A program made the translations under genes and the position numbers. From NCBI GenBank assembly GCA_964016885.1, contig OZ024766.1, positions 15,004,001-15,068,000 on the forward strand: a DNA stretch of 64,000 bases, read 5' to 3'. The notes under the pieces are model-generated. The model had not been told where the DNA came from, searched no databases, and saw nothing but the letters and a program-made list of their open reading frames with translations. The stretch is from Eledone cirrhosa (taxonomy: Eukaryota). Below are positions 26,101 to 39,515 of the stretch, piece by piece; within the stretch, counting starts at the first letter, position 1; each line of letters begins with the position of its first letter.

Positions 26101-27093
26101 GGTGCAATAAGTAGCAGCAAGTGCCCACAAAATACTAGCTCTTTCAATTGCGCAGAGAGTTCTATAGAAATAGTGGACAGCTTCCGTTACCTGGGTGACA
26201 AAATCAGCAGTGGGGGAGGGTGCTCTGAAAGTACAGTAGCTAGAGTCAGAACTAGAGAGGAACGAAGCTTGCATGCTCCACTGGATGTGTAATAGTAATA
26301 TACGTGAACAGCAAAGCATAAAGGAACTAAGGAAAAAATTAGAAATAAGAGGGATCAGATGTTGTTTACTCGAGAGAAGGCTACGTTGGTATGGTCACGT
26401 GATGCGCATGAAAGACGACAGCTGTATAGCAAAGTGCACGGCAATAAAGATAGATGGTAGCCACGGAGTAGGCAGACCCAGAAAAACCTGGGACGAGCTG
26501 ATAAGTTCCGACCTCACACACTTACACCTCTCCAAGACAATGTCACTGGACCGAGACCTTTGGCGGTACTCAGTAATAGAGAAGACCCACCTTACCTAAA
26601 TACAAAGTAAAACCCGCCACAGTCAGTAGGCATCTCTAACAAAATACACCCCTGTCCCACCACCCCCACTCCATCCACACCGCCCCTTTCAATGTAAAGT
26701 TATGTTGGTGCCACAACATCCAGGCCGAAACAAATGAGATCGTGTAGGTGTCACGACAAAAAAACACACAGTCCACGCTGTAATGTGGCCGTGTAGGCAA
26801 CACGGTAAAAACCTCCCAGCCCCACACTGTAAATGTGGTTGGTGTTAGGAAGGGCATCCGCTGTAGAAAACCCGCCAGACAGTCCACGCTGTAATGTGGC
26901 CGTGTAGGAAAACACGGTAAAAACTTCACAGCCCCACACTGTAAATGTGGTTGGTGTTAGGAAGGGCATCCAACTGTAGAAAACCCGCCAGACAGTCCTG
27001 TGCGAGCAAGACAACCACTCTTGCCTCAAGTGGGAAAACTCCCGTCCAAACCCATGCAAGCGTGGACCATGGACGTTAAACGATGATGATGAT
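23190..27093 (+). mobile_element. RTE-clade LINE with PHD finger in RT (family B), near full length
   Basis: Single ORF 23566-26292 (908 aa; EN, RT, PHD), broken only by a 152-bp deletion at about 26253. C-terminus in 26273-26599; duplicated 3' UTR segment; (GAT)n tail. Confidence 0.93.
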
Positions 27094-27101
27094 ATATATA
27101 T

Positions 27102-27945
27102 TTGCGCGTACCATCCTGACTAGGACATAGTCCAAAAGATGCCATTCCTTAGATGCAGGATGCATCCATGTGGTCTTGAATTTGTTCTTTTGTTGGAACA
27201 TGGTGTTGGTAACACACAGATCCAGCTCCTCACACATCTGCAGCAGGAGCATACCATTGTTGTTACACTTTCCCACCCCATGCCTTCCGATTACATTCCA
27301 TGTGTTAAAATCCCTACCCACTCTAGCATTAAAGTCACCAAGCACGATGACTTTGTCTGCCTGAGGGATATTTCTTAAAACACCTTTCAAGGCATGGTAG
27401 AAGGACACTTTTTCTTCATCGACAGAATTCATAGTTGGAGCATACACACTCACCAGGGTCGCATATCTTCCTTTGTCCAGCGGAACTCTCATGTACATAA
27501 GACGCTCACTAATCCCTACTGGGAATTCTACTAATTTATTCACAAGTACAGTCTTAACAGCAAATCCTACCCCAGCCTCTCTTCTGGTTCCTTCATCTCT
27601 TCCTTTCCAGAAGAATGTATATTCTCCACAAAATTCTGTAAGATGACCATCTCCAGCTAACCTCGTCTCAGATAAAGCCACGATGTCAAGATCGTAACGT
27701 CGAAGCTCCTTTGCAACAAGAGCGGTCCTTCGTTCAGGACGCTCCAAGGAATCCCTGTCAAGCAGCGTCCGTACGTTCCAGCAGCCAAGACTAAATGCCT
27801 TGTTTGGCTCTATTACAATGGCACGATGACGAGCGGGCCCCGGCTGTGATAACCTGGGGCCCCTGCCCTTATTGCCAATTATCTTTTTTGTTCCAGAACC
27901 TAAATTGCCAATTATCTCTTTTATATTGTTCTGGAACATCATTGA
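27102..27945 (-). mobile_element. BovB-like RTE LINE 5' fragment (APE endonuclease)
   Basis: GCWNVRTLLDR..RPERRTALVAKELRRYDLDIVALSETRL, GDFNARVG, TTWMHP..WHLLDYVLVR. Confidence 0.85.
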
Positions 27946-27989
27946 ATTGGAAGAAGAAAAAAAAAAAAATAATAATAATAGTAACAATA

Positions 27990-28977
27990 ATAATAATGAT
28001 TTCATTTATTAGCCACAAGGGCCGACATGTAGGGGACAATACAAAGACAGGGACAGTGGGGGTTTACAATAAGGTCGAGTAAAAGTGCACAATGGCAAGT
28101 CTAATTTAACAATGAAGATATAAAAATATAAAATAAACTATGCATAAATATAACAAAATAAATTCCCCGATAGGGGGTGGACGACCCTGAACCACCCTGT
28201 GCTTCTAGGGCACCCAGGGAGAGCACCCCTCTCCTCAACTTAGCTAGCCTATAGGCACATGGTCAGAGTAGGGCCATTCACACGGGCCATTCTCGCCACA
28301 TTCACCCACCTTTTAGAAAATGTACTGGGGGGCAGCACTTCTCTCTCCACCCTCACCTTCCTTTCCAGGTGAAACTTGAAGAAGTTGATGAGGGATTGGC
28401 TGAAGAGAAAAGTGTCTGTCTTTAGTCCATTCAACCTGGTCCACCATATAATCTCTTTCTCAACTTCCACCAGACAGAGGAAATGTCCTGCTCTTTCTGA
28501 CCTAAGGAAGGCGGTGGATCGATCTTCACTATGGACTCGGCCGATAGCCGGATTCGTTCCACACGTGACAGTAGCTGTTCGACATAACTCCACAAGTCAG
28601 TAATGCACGGACATTGGACAAGTGCGTGCAGAACGGTTTCGTCGTTCTGTGCGCATCTTGTGCAGGTTCGTCTGACAGCACTTCCGTGCCTGTAGAGTTA
28701 ATCCCGAACCGGCAGTGCCCCCCGGTAGCACTGCCAAGCGAGGGATTTCTGGAAATTGTCCATCGTCCCCGGCTCAAAAGTCCTCCGGTACAGACTGGTC
28801 AGTTCGACTTCGTCGAGGCCCAAAGCTTCTCCGAGTGCGTCATTGCACTTGCCCACCATTAATCCTCTATAGAACTCGAGAGTGGAAGTTCCACTGATCG
28901 CATTGCCCGCTTGGTAGAGGGCAGTGAGTGCCTGGCAACATTCCAGGTGCCAGTCACCCACTCTCGGTCTCTTCTTG
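27990..28977 (-). mobile_element. L1/Tx1-like LINE 3' fragment
   Basis: Frameshifted WQCYRGALPVRD ... C-x2-C..ETVLHALVQC zinc-knuckle region; AATAAA followed by an (ATT)n-like tail. Confidence 0.65.
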
Positions 28978-29253
28978 CTAGTACAGCGTTCCTTTGTCAG
29001 TGTTGAACAAACGAGCAACGATGGTTGCTGGACACTACGGCTTCATGCGGGATGTTTGTTTACAAACACACCGAGCATTATAATAAATGTTCGGTGAATC
29101 CATACGTACATATATATATGTGTGCATGTATGCATATATATATATACATGCTACTGTACATCTGTATACATATATGTATGTACGTGTACATACTTATATT
29201 TAAGTAACAGCCGTACTAAGAGTGGGAAATGAAATTTCGTTTCATTTTTTTCC

Positions 29254-29257
<4 letters not shown>
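28978..29257 (+). mobile_element. Diverged relative of the 7936-8973 hammerhead element
   Basis: Begins ctagtacagcgttcc (compare ctagtacattgttcc), continues tgtcagtgttgaacaaa, cattataataaatgttc and gaaatgaaatttcgtttcatt. Confidence 0.75.
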
Positions 29258-29312
<55 letters not shown>

Positions 29313-29317
<5 letters not shown>

Positions 29318-30800
29318 AAGGTAAAGGGGATGCTCTGGAGAGGAGCAATTATAGGGGCATAAAGCTGATGGATCAGGTTATGAAAGTGGCAGAGAGAATA
29401 TTAGCGCAACTGATTAGAGAAAGGGTCAATTTAGATGAGATGCAGTTTGGTTTTGTGCTCTCGGAAAAGTACAACAGATGCCCTCTTCTTAGTGAGGAAA
29501 CTACAAGAGAGGTTCTTAGAGAAGAACAAGCAACTATACTTAGCTTTTGTTGACCTAGAGAAGGCCTTTGATAGGTACCCCGATCTGTCATCTGGTGGTC
29601 CCTAAGGAAACTAGGTGTAGAGGAATGGCTTGTGAGGACAGTGCAAGCTAAGTACAGGGGTGCTGTCAGTAAAGTGAGAATAGGAATGGAGTTTAGTGAG
29701 GAATTGCAGATGCAAGTAGGTGTAAATCAAGGTTCGGTCCTCAGCCCACTCTTGTTCATTATAGTCCTCCATACCATAACAGAGGAGTTTAAGATTGGAT
29801 GCCCATGGCAACTTCTCTATGCTGATGATCTGGTTCTTATAGCATAATCAGTAGAGGAGCTAGAGAATAAATTCTGCCTATGGAAACAGTAGTTGGAATC
29901 AAGAGGCCTGAGAGTGAACATAGCTAATACAAAAGTGTTGATGAGTAGAAAAGAGGACAATACTCTGATTCCATCAGAGAAATGGCCATGTTCGATATGT
30001 AGGAAAGGAACTGGCATAAATTCCATAAAATGCAGATCTTGGGTACACAAGAGATGTAGTGGGATAGTAGGCAAACTAAGAGGTAGGGAAAACTACATAT
30101 GCAGTAGATGTACAGGGACATTTGACAGTAGGAGTCGCAGTGATAGACACATTTTTCAAATACAGGTGGGTTCTATAGAAGTGGTTGATAGCTTCCGGTA
30201 CCTAGGTGATCAGATTAGCATGGGAGGGGGGTGTTCCAAGGCTATAGTCTCCATAATAAAGACGGGTTGGAAGAAGTTTAGGGAGCTGCTTTCTCTGTTG
30301 ACAAAGAAGGGTTTCTCCCTGCATACGAAAGGGCGGTTATATGATGCCTGTGTGAGATGCGCGATGCTGCATGATAGTAAGACATGGGCCGCAACTGCAG
30401 AGGATATGCACGGCTGGAGAGAAATGAAGCAAGCATGCTCTGTTGGATGTGCAATGTCAACGTGTGTGAACGACCAAGCATAGACGAGTTGAGAAAGAAA
30501 CTGGGTATAAGCGGGATAAGTTGGGTGTGCAAGAGAGAAGACTGAGATGGTATGGACATGTGATGCGCATGGAGGATGACCCCTGGGTAAAGAAGTGCCA
30601 AGAAATCCCAGCAGAAGGAAGACGCAGAAGAGGTAGACCACGTAAAACATGGGCGGAGGTGGTGAGAGAAAACCTGAGATCACTGAAATTCACAGAGGAG
30701 ATGACGGAGAACCGTGACAAGTGGAGAGATGCTGTGCTGAATAAGACCTGTCCCATCCTTGCAAGCAGGGAAAAACGGACGTATGATGATGATGATATAT
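29313..30800 (+). mobile_element. RTE-PHD LINE (family C), 5'-truncated, decayed
   Basis: RT motifs with stops; WPCSICRKG...WVHKRC...CSRC; TA flanks. Confidence 0.88.
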
Positions 30801-30984
30801 ATATATATATATATATACTAGTATTCAAGTGTTTAGGGAGAGACCGATAACATTGTTAGAACTCATTGCAGCCTTGAAGAGATGGTTTCAACAAGATTGG
30901 GTGGTGAAAGTTATAGTTTTTGTAGAAGGATCTCATCACATAAGGTTCCTTCAAAGATTCTTCTAGAGTTACAGAGTCATTTAT

Positions 30985-31283
30985 ATATATGTGTGTGTTT
31001 TGAACAATGAAAATAAAACTTGAGACAAAGATATGTTCTTAATTAGTTCATTGTTTTACGGTCATTTCAGAGGTTTGATTGATCATGGTTGATTGATGTA
31101 TTGACAAACAGGTAGTTGTCATGTCACTAACTATTTCTAGTCTCAAAATACCTGATCAATCACACCATATCAATATATTGATTTACCATGATCAATCAAC
31201 CCTCTGAAACGATCGTAAACAATGAACCATATCTCAGACTTTTGTTTTATTTTCAATGTTCAATACCCACAAACACACATATA
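30985..31283. repeat. Degenerate inverted repeat
   Basis: tttcagaggtttgattgatcatggt pairs with accatgatcaatcaacccctctgaaa; ttgaacaatgaaaataaaac pairs with gttttattttcaatgttcaa. Confidence 0.7.
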
Positions 31284-31309
31284 TAATTGATAATTTCTTT
31301 GGAATAATT

Positions 31310-33012
31310 TATGAGACTTGTGGCTGGAACAAAGTACCAGCCAGACAGAGGGGGACCTAGTGGTGAAACAGCACAGTAGATAGAGCTATTAACCCTTTAG
31401 CATTTACATTACTCTATATTTACTATTATATTTTCATGGTAAAGTCTTTATTTCACATAATATTGAATCTATGAGACTTTGATATTACTTATTTTGAGGA
31501 CAATACATTAACATCAATATGAGCTGCGAGTTACAGCCGGTTTGAACAGAAAGAGGTGAGAGAACTTTGGCTGGATACGGCCAATTTAAATGATAAAGGG
31601 TTAAAGATAAGTGACAGGCATGGAAAGACTGGAAAAATAAGGGTATCAGACAAGGACCAGGTAGCTAAGAGAGAAGCTAGAAGACAGGTATACATAACAC
31701 AGAGAGAGGCTGAAAAAAGAAAGTTTGCCAAAGTCTTGAGACGTTAGAATCAGAGGTGTGAAGTGTTCCACGTTGCAAGACAGGGAAAGGTGTGTTAAAA
31801 ATGACACTGGTACACTTAGCACCACTGATGCTAAAATGAAAGAGGCCTGGAAATGTTATTATGAGAGATTGATGAATGTAGAGAATAAATTAAGAATCAA
31901 TCTTAGACTTTTGTTTTATGTTCATTGTTCAACACACATACACATATAATTAACATTCTCCTTGGAATTACTGATGAAACTTGTTAGTGGCACAACTACA
32001 AAAGAGGTTCCTAGCCAAGATTAAGCTGCAATATTTAGCTTTTATAGATGTAGAAAAGGCCTTTGGCAGAGTACCTTACTCTGTTATCTGGTGGTCCTTC
32101 AGAAATTTAGGTGAAGAATGGCTTATGAGAGCAGTGCAAGCCATATACAGAGGAGCTGTCAGTAAAGTGAGAGTAGGAAGGGAGTTTAGTGAAGAATTCA
32201 ATGTACAGGTAGGTGTTCATCATGGTTCAGTTCACAACCCACTGCTGTTCATCATAGATCTCCAGGCCATAACCAATGGGTTTAAGACTGGCGCTGTTCA
32301 TGGGAAACAGTCTATGTGAATGATCTGGTCCTTATAGCTGACTCCATAAAAGAACTAGAGAATAAGTGACCCTACTGCATATGTAGAAAAGGAGTAGGCA
32401 TAAATTGTACACAATGATAGCTTCCGCTATCTAGGTAACCTAATTAGTAGTGGAGGAGGGTGCTTCATAAGAGAGGATAGGATTGAAGTTTAGAGAGCTA
32501 CTTCCACTGTTGGCAAATAAAGTTTCTCCCTACGTACAAAAATGTTGGCTGTACAATGCCTGTGTGTAAAGTGCAATACTGCATGGAAGTGACACATGGG
32601 CAGTAACTAAAGAAGACATGCATAAGCTGGAGAGAAATGAAGCAACCATGCTTCGTTGGATGTGCAACGTAAATGTGAGAGGAAGGCAGAGCTTGGATAA
32701 AATGAGGAAGAAATTGGACATCAGAGGAAACCGAAGTGGTGTTCAAGAGAGAAGACTGCTTTGGTAGGAATATGTGATATCCATGGATGGTGATCACAGG
32801 TTAAAGAATTGCCACGGAATACCAGAAGAGGGAAGCCATACTAGAGGTAGACCAAGGAAGACCAGGGTAGATGTGGTGAGAGCTGATCTCAAATTGCTGA
32901 GACTCACAGAGGAGATAAAGAAGGAACAAGCGAGTGGGGAGATGTTCTGCTTAAAAGAACCCATCCAACCCATGCCAGGATTGAAAAACGGACGTGAAAC
33001 TATGATGATGAT
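31310..33012 (+). mobile_element. Old RTE LINE remnant
   Basis: Degenerate AKREARRQVY, FIDVEKAF, GVHHGS and RGRPRKT motifs; (TGA)n tail. Confidence 0.8.
31393..31600. mobile_element. piggyBac-type MITE with TTAA TSD (partial copies at about 11850 and 12020)
   Basis: ttaa|ccctttagcattta ... taaatgataaaggg|ttaa, interrupting the RTE remnant. Confidence 0.8.
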
Positions 33013-33069
33013 GTAGATGAAGTAAACTAACTCTAAACAGATTTCGACTAAAACGAACAAAGCTTCCCT

Positions 33070-33395
33070 GAAACAACAAGGTACAGCTAAATATAAACTA
33101 TATTTTATAATGTAAAGTAGTGAACGAGATAATTAAATAGACGGAGGTAACTTAGATAATAAAAATATCTTTAATTTACTTAAAGCAATAACAAGGTACA
33201 GCTAAATATAAACTAGATTTTATAATGTAAAGTAGTGAACCACATAATTAAATAGACGGAGGTAATTTAGATAATAAAGATATCTTTAATTTACTTAAAG
33301 CAATAACAAGGTACAGCTAAATATAAAATATATTTTATAATGTAAGGTAGTGAACAAGATAATTAAATAGACGGAGGTATTTTAAATAATAAAGA
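33070..33395. repeat. About 114-bp tandem repeat, 3 copies
   Basis: aacaaggtacagctaaatataaa...aattaaatagacggaggta repeated. Confidence 0.9.
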
Positions 33396-34614
33396 CAGTC
33401 ATGATAATATATTTTATATCACATGTAACAGTGGAATCGGTTAATTACTGGATCGTTGAAGAGTTCACGTAATTCTATAATTTACACACATTAATATAGA
33501 CATTAAGTAAATCTTTGTCAACTGTACATGGCTTGCACTGCTCTCACAAGCCATTCTTCTACACCTAAAAGCGGAAGAGGAGGCGCTCCATTTGTGTCAG
33601 ATTTGGGCTGGGGCAATATTTCCCAATTCCACTTAATTCCATTAAATATTCAATCTTGGTCGAAATAAATATTTTCATCGGTGACGATCTGTACAACCAA
33701 TAATAGTAGGAGTCACGTTACATGATATATATACAGGGTGTCCCTAAAATATGTATACACATTTACATAGACTGTAGTTGAAGTGTGTATACATGTTTGG
33801 GGAGACCCTGTATATATTTTAAAAGATGATTGATATATATATCTACACTCAAATGTATATTTATATATATATAAATATATGTATATATATATAAAGATAT
33901 ATATACTCTTACGTGTATACGTCTGAAAATGTATATATGTATGTAAACACATACCTAAACATACATGTTTACATATAGATGGACAGTTATACATATACAA
34001 TAACTTATTTCTATACATACATATACCACAAGTAAGGCATGGTGTTGCCAACTAACCAGAGCTCCCTCATAATGGACCAGCTAGATCCCAAAATACAGGC
34101 CTGCTAGCCAACACACAGTCCCAATAAGTGTAAACTACAGCGCAGCTATCTGGACAGACTTGTCTTAAGACTACTCATTATCCCACTACATCTTTTGTAT
34201 ACTATATATATACTGTGTATATACTGTTTATATATATATACACACACACATATAATTGTGTATTCACACATTATCTTAGTAATGAAATAATAATTTTAGT
34301 AAATTGTTCAAAATTCTTCATTAACCCTTTTGGTAGAAACCCAGCCAAAATAGGTTCTCCTTCTATGGAAATGGTTCCTATCTAAATTAAAGTCTTCCAA
34401 CGAAATTCGATATAACAACCATATGTTAAGTTACTATGTTAGTAATTAACTAACAATTGTGATAAATAGCTCATAATTATTCATAATTAATTGAAATACA
34501 AGGTTCATAATTATAATAAAATCTTCGAATAGGCTACGAAGCCGGTAAACCTTAAAGGTACGCAACACACACGTCGCTATAGCGTTTCACCAGCCCCCTC
34601 CTTCCTCAATCATT

Positions 34615-36760
34615 ACATAGATGTGTGTGTATGTAATAATTATTTTGTATTGTGTGTCTATTTATGAATATATATGTGTAGATGTGTGTGTGTGTAACAC
34701 AGTAGATGTGTGTGTATGTAACTGAGCAGATGTGTATGTAACACAGTAGATGTGTGTGTGTGTAACACAGTATATGTATGTGTGTGTAACACAGTAGATG
34801 TGTGTGTATGTAACTCAGCAGATGTCTATGTAACACAGTAGATGTGTGTGTGTGTAACACAGTATATGTATGTGTGTGTAACACACTAGATGTGTGTGTA
34901 TATATGACACAGTAGATGAGTATATATAACATGGTAGATGTGTGTATATGTAACACAGTAGATGTGTATATATAACACAGTAGATGTGTATGTAACACAG
35001 TAGATGTGTATATATAACACAGTAGATGTGTATATATAACACAGTAGATGTGTGTATATATAACACAGTAGATGTGTGTATATAACACAGTAGATGTGTA
35101 TGTAACACAGTAGATGTGTATATATAACACAGTAGATGTGTGTATATATAACACAGTAGATGTGTGTGTATGTAACACAGTAGATCTGTGTGTTTGTAAC
35201 ACAGTACATGTGTGTATGTAACACAGTAGATGTGTGTATGTAACACAGTAGATGTGTATGTAACGAAAGTGTAACGTACGTTACGAATGGACAACTAAAA
35301 GATTTTAAATTGTTTTTTAACAATTGTTGGTGGAAAAAAATTTTAATTGTCTTAATTCAGACCATAAAGGGCCGCAACACACTTACCGGCTACATAGCCT
35401 CGGAGTCTATTTTACTGAGACCGGCGACATATCTTCTTCCTAAGTAGATGTGTATATATAACACAATAGATGTGTGTATATATAACACAGTAGATGGGTG
35501 TGTATGTAACACAGTAGATCTGTGTGTATATCACACAGTACATGTGTGTGTATGTAACTCAGTAGATGTGTGTGTATGTAATACAGTAGATGTATGTGTA
35601 TGTAATACAGTAGATGTGTGTATGTAACACAGTAGATGTGTGTGTATGTAACACAGTAGATGTGTGTATGTAACCCAGTAGATGTATGTAACACAGTAGA
35701 TGTGTGTGTATGTAACACAGTAGATGTGTGTATGTAATACAGTAGATGTATGTGTATGTAATACAGTAGATGTGTGTGTATGTATCACTAGATGTGTGTA
35801 TGTAAGACAGTAGATGTGTGTGTATGTAACACAGTAGATGTGTGTGTATGTAACACAGTAGATGTGAGTATGTAACACAGTAGATGTGAGTATGTAACAC
35901 AGTAGATGTGTGTATGTAACACAGTAGATGTGTGTATGTAACACAGTAGATGTGAGTATGTAACACAGTAGATGTGTGTATGTAACACAGTAGATGTGTG
36001 TGTATGTAACACAGTAGATGTGTGTATGTAACTCAGTAGATGTGTGTGTATGTAACCCAGTAGATGTGTGTATATAACCCAGTAGATGTGTGTAACTCAG
36101 TAGATGTGTGTGTATATAACACAGTAGATGTGTATGTATGTAACACAGTAGATGTGTATATGTAACACAGTTTATGAGTGTGCATGTAAGTCAGAAGATG
36201 TGTGTGTATGTAACACAGTAGATGGTGTGTACGTAACTCAGTAGATGTGTGTATATAAGACAGTAGATGTGTGTGTATGTAACACAATAGATGTGCGTGT
36301 ATATGTAAGACAGTAGATGTGTGTGTATGTAACACAGTAGATGTGTGTATATGTAACACAGCAGATGTGTATGTAACACAGTAGATCTCTGTATATGTAA
36401 CACAGTAGATGTATGTATGTAACACAGTAGATCTCTGTATATGTAACACAGTAGATGTGTGTATGTAACACAGTAGATGTGTATGTAACACAGTCGATCT
36501 ATGTATATGTAACACAATAGATGTGTGTATGTAACACAGTAGATGCGTGTGTATGTAACACAGTAGATCTCTGTATATGTAACACAGTAGATGTGTGTAT
36601 GTAACACAGTAGATCTCTGTATATGTAGCACAGTAGATGTGTGTATGTAACACAGTAGATGTGTGTGTATGTAACACAGTAGGTGTGTGTGTATGTAAGA
36701 CAGTAGATGTGTGTGTATGTAAGACAGTAGATGTGTGTGTATGTAACATAGTAGATGTAA
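34615..36760. repeat. AACACAGTAGATGTGTGTATGT-type minisatellite, two arrays each followed by a related ~170-bp block
   Basis: Arrays at 34615-35265 and 35440-36760; blocks 35267-35443 and 36768-36960 are similar. Confidence 0.92.
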
Positions 36761-37299
36761 ATATAACTAAAGTGTAACGTAAGTTAAAATGGACGACAAA
36801 ATGACTTTAACTTGTTTTTTAACAATTGATGGTGGAAAAGATTTTAAATTGTCTTAACTCAGACCATAAAGGGCCGAAACACATGGAGTCTGACACTCTT
36901 ACCGGCTACTTAGCCAGGGAGTCTATTTTACGGCGTCCGGTTACATAGCTTCTTCCTAAAAGTCTTCCAACATAATTTTATACAAGAACCACATGTTAAG
37001 TTACTAATAAAATAATTAATAATTAAAAACTTCAGTAAATCCTTCAAATGATATCTCAGTAATGAAATAATTAATAATTGTTATAAATACCTCAAAATTC
37101 CTCATTAATTAAACCCAAGACAGGTAAAAACTCCAGAGTCTTTCAATCGGACATGAAACAAATTAATTTCTAATGGAAGAAGTAAAGATTTTAAAGTCAG
37201 CCAAGGGAGATCACTCTCAGCGACTTATTGTAATTCTCGTTCCTGAATTAATCCGGATTAAAATATTCTGGTGCATTTTGTGTGGGGGAAACCGGATTT

Positions 37300-37620
37300 A
37301 GGCGGTGATAGCACGCAGTACATGAACGTATGGTTCGTGAGTTCGAATCCCAGACCGGGTGGTCTGTACGTCGGGGCCTTGAACAAGACACTTTATTTCT
37401 CATTGTTTTATTTCACCCAGCTGGCAAAAATAATAAGTTGTAATAATTATAGTGGAAACGTTGTTACATAGAATTGTCACACTGAATCTCCCTGAGAAGA
37501 ATGTCAACGGTATACGTGTCAATGAAATGCTCAGACACATTATAATATAAGATGGGTTCTACATGTATTTCAAAGGGAAGCCATGCCATACGTCTTGCTG
37601 AATCTCCCTGAGAACTACGT
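37300..37620 (+). mobile_element. Degenerate tRNA-SINE, third variant (also about 47030-47520 -, 53850-54060 +)
   Basis: gagttcgaatccc B-box, ccttgaacaagacacttt, repeated gaatctccctgagaa. Confidence 0.65.
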
Positions 37621-37624
37621 ATAT

Positions 37625-38297
37625 ACTAGTGACTATCAGACATAGTGTATCTAGGATTACATTATCTAATGTACAGTACAGTAGTTAGTATTAGTGGCTA
37701 TAAGACATAGTTTATCTAGGACTACATTATCTAATGTACAGTATAGAAATTAGTATTAATGGCTATCAGACATAGTGTACCTAGGACTACATTATCTAAT
37801 GTACAGTATAGTGGCTATCAGACATAGTGTACCTAGGACTACATTATATAATGTACAGTATAGTGGCTATCAGACATAGTGTACCTAGGACTATATTATC
37901 TAATGTACAGTATAGTGTCTATCAGACATAGTGTACCTAGGACTACATTATCTAATGTACAGTATAGTAGCTATCAGACATAGTGTATCTAGGACTACAT
38001 TATCTAATGTACAGTATAGTAGCTATCAGACATAGTGTACCTAGGACATTATCTAATGTACAGTATAGTGGCTATCAGACATAGTGTACCTAGGACTACA
38101 TTGTCTAATGTACAGTATAGTGGCTATCAGACATAGTGTATCTAGGACTACATTATCTAATGTACAGTATAGTGGCTATCAGATATAGTGTACCTAGGAC
38201 TACATTATCTAATGTACAGTATAGTAGCTATCAGGCATAGTGTATCTAGGACTACATTATCTAATGTACAGTATAGCAGTTAGTATTTGTGGCTATC
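37625..38297. repeat. 52-bp minisatellite, about 12 copies
   Basis: Unit gctatcagacatagtgtacctaggactacattatctaatgtacagtatagtg. Confidence 0.93.
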
Positions 38298-39082
38298 ATT
38301 ATTATAGACTTCAAGTCGGTAGAGGGTCGGACGCCATGCTTTACAGCATAGTTACGTCCCTTTACGATCTGAGTTCAAATCCCGCCGAGGTTGACTTTGT
38401 CTTTCATCCTTAGGGGGTCGATAAAATAAAGTACCAGTAATGCACTGGGTAATTGCTGGCCTTGTTCCTAAAGTAGAAACAATTATTATAGACTTCAAGT
38501 AAATCTTTGTCAACTTACCTCCTTCACATATAATCAATGTGTTGTGTTGTTAGTTGTTACTAAACAACCAAAGAAATAATCTCTTTGTTATCAAATTAGA
38601 AGTTTCAAAGATGTTATCAGCTTTATTTCACGACATTAACGTTGGTGTATCTTCTTCATCCTTAGTCATAAATTGATATCTTGTCAGAATGAAGTAGTGA
38701 GGCTGACTTTATGTCTTTAGCTACAGATTTGATAGGAAATATATATATATTAGGTTGATATGTGGTCTAAAATATATATATTGTCTATAAATGACTGATA
38801 GCAGATGTTCTGGTGAAATAGTAGTTTTACTACTACAGATTGTAATGGAACTCTTAGTAGACACAATTGTAAAGTAAGAATAGATATGACAGTGTATATA
38901 ATTGTTACACAAGATATAATTAGATTAATTAAAGTTCTAATGAAGGCAGCAGGTACTCGGTGTCATTGACAATGTTTCACCCCTATTACCGGTGTCATAC
39001 GTTCTTATATTTGGACACTTTTACTGTATCTGCTGCGATATTTTGTGCCTGCTTTTACTGCAAGTGCAAGAAGGAGAACAAA

Positions 39083-39515
39083 AAGTACCCAGTGCCCACT
39101 GTAAAGTTGTCATTTTGGTGACATGATAGTACCCAGTGCCCACTGTAAAGTAGTCATGTTGGTGCCATGATAGTACCCAGTCCACACTGTAAAGTAGTCA
39201 TGTTGGTGCCATGATAGTATCCAGTCCACACTGTAAAGTTGTCATGTTGGTGCCATGATAGTACCCAGTCCACACTGTAAAGTAGTCATGTTGGTGCCAT
39301 GATAGTACCCAGTCCACACTGTAAAGTAGTCATTTTGCTGATACTGCAGAAAGCACCCAGTACACACTGCAAATGTAGTTGGCGTTATGAAGGGCATCCA
39401 CTCATGGAAACCAAGACACGGTCATCTGATCTGAATTGTCTCACAATAGGACAACTCATCTAACCCATGCTAGCATGGAAAAATGGACGTTAAACAGTGA
39501 TGATGATGATTATGA
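39083..39515 (+). repeat. RTE 3'-UTR fragment with 44-bp tandem expansion
   Basis: gtacccagtccacactgtaaagtagtcatgttggtgccatgata about 6 times, then cccatgctagcatggaa...ggacgttaaa and a (TGA)n tail. Confidence 0.8.

Noticed and set aside
34615-36760. CRISPR-like repeat/spacer appearance
   Set aside because: The spacers are variable dinucleotide runs rather than unique sequence; eukaryotic context with no cas genes.
38519-38720. Extra minus-strand coding exon with gag|gtaagt donor
   Set aside because: An in-frame stop lies shortly upstream and there is no recognisable domain; it could be a UTR exon but is unsupported.
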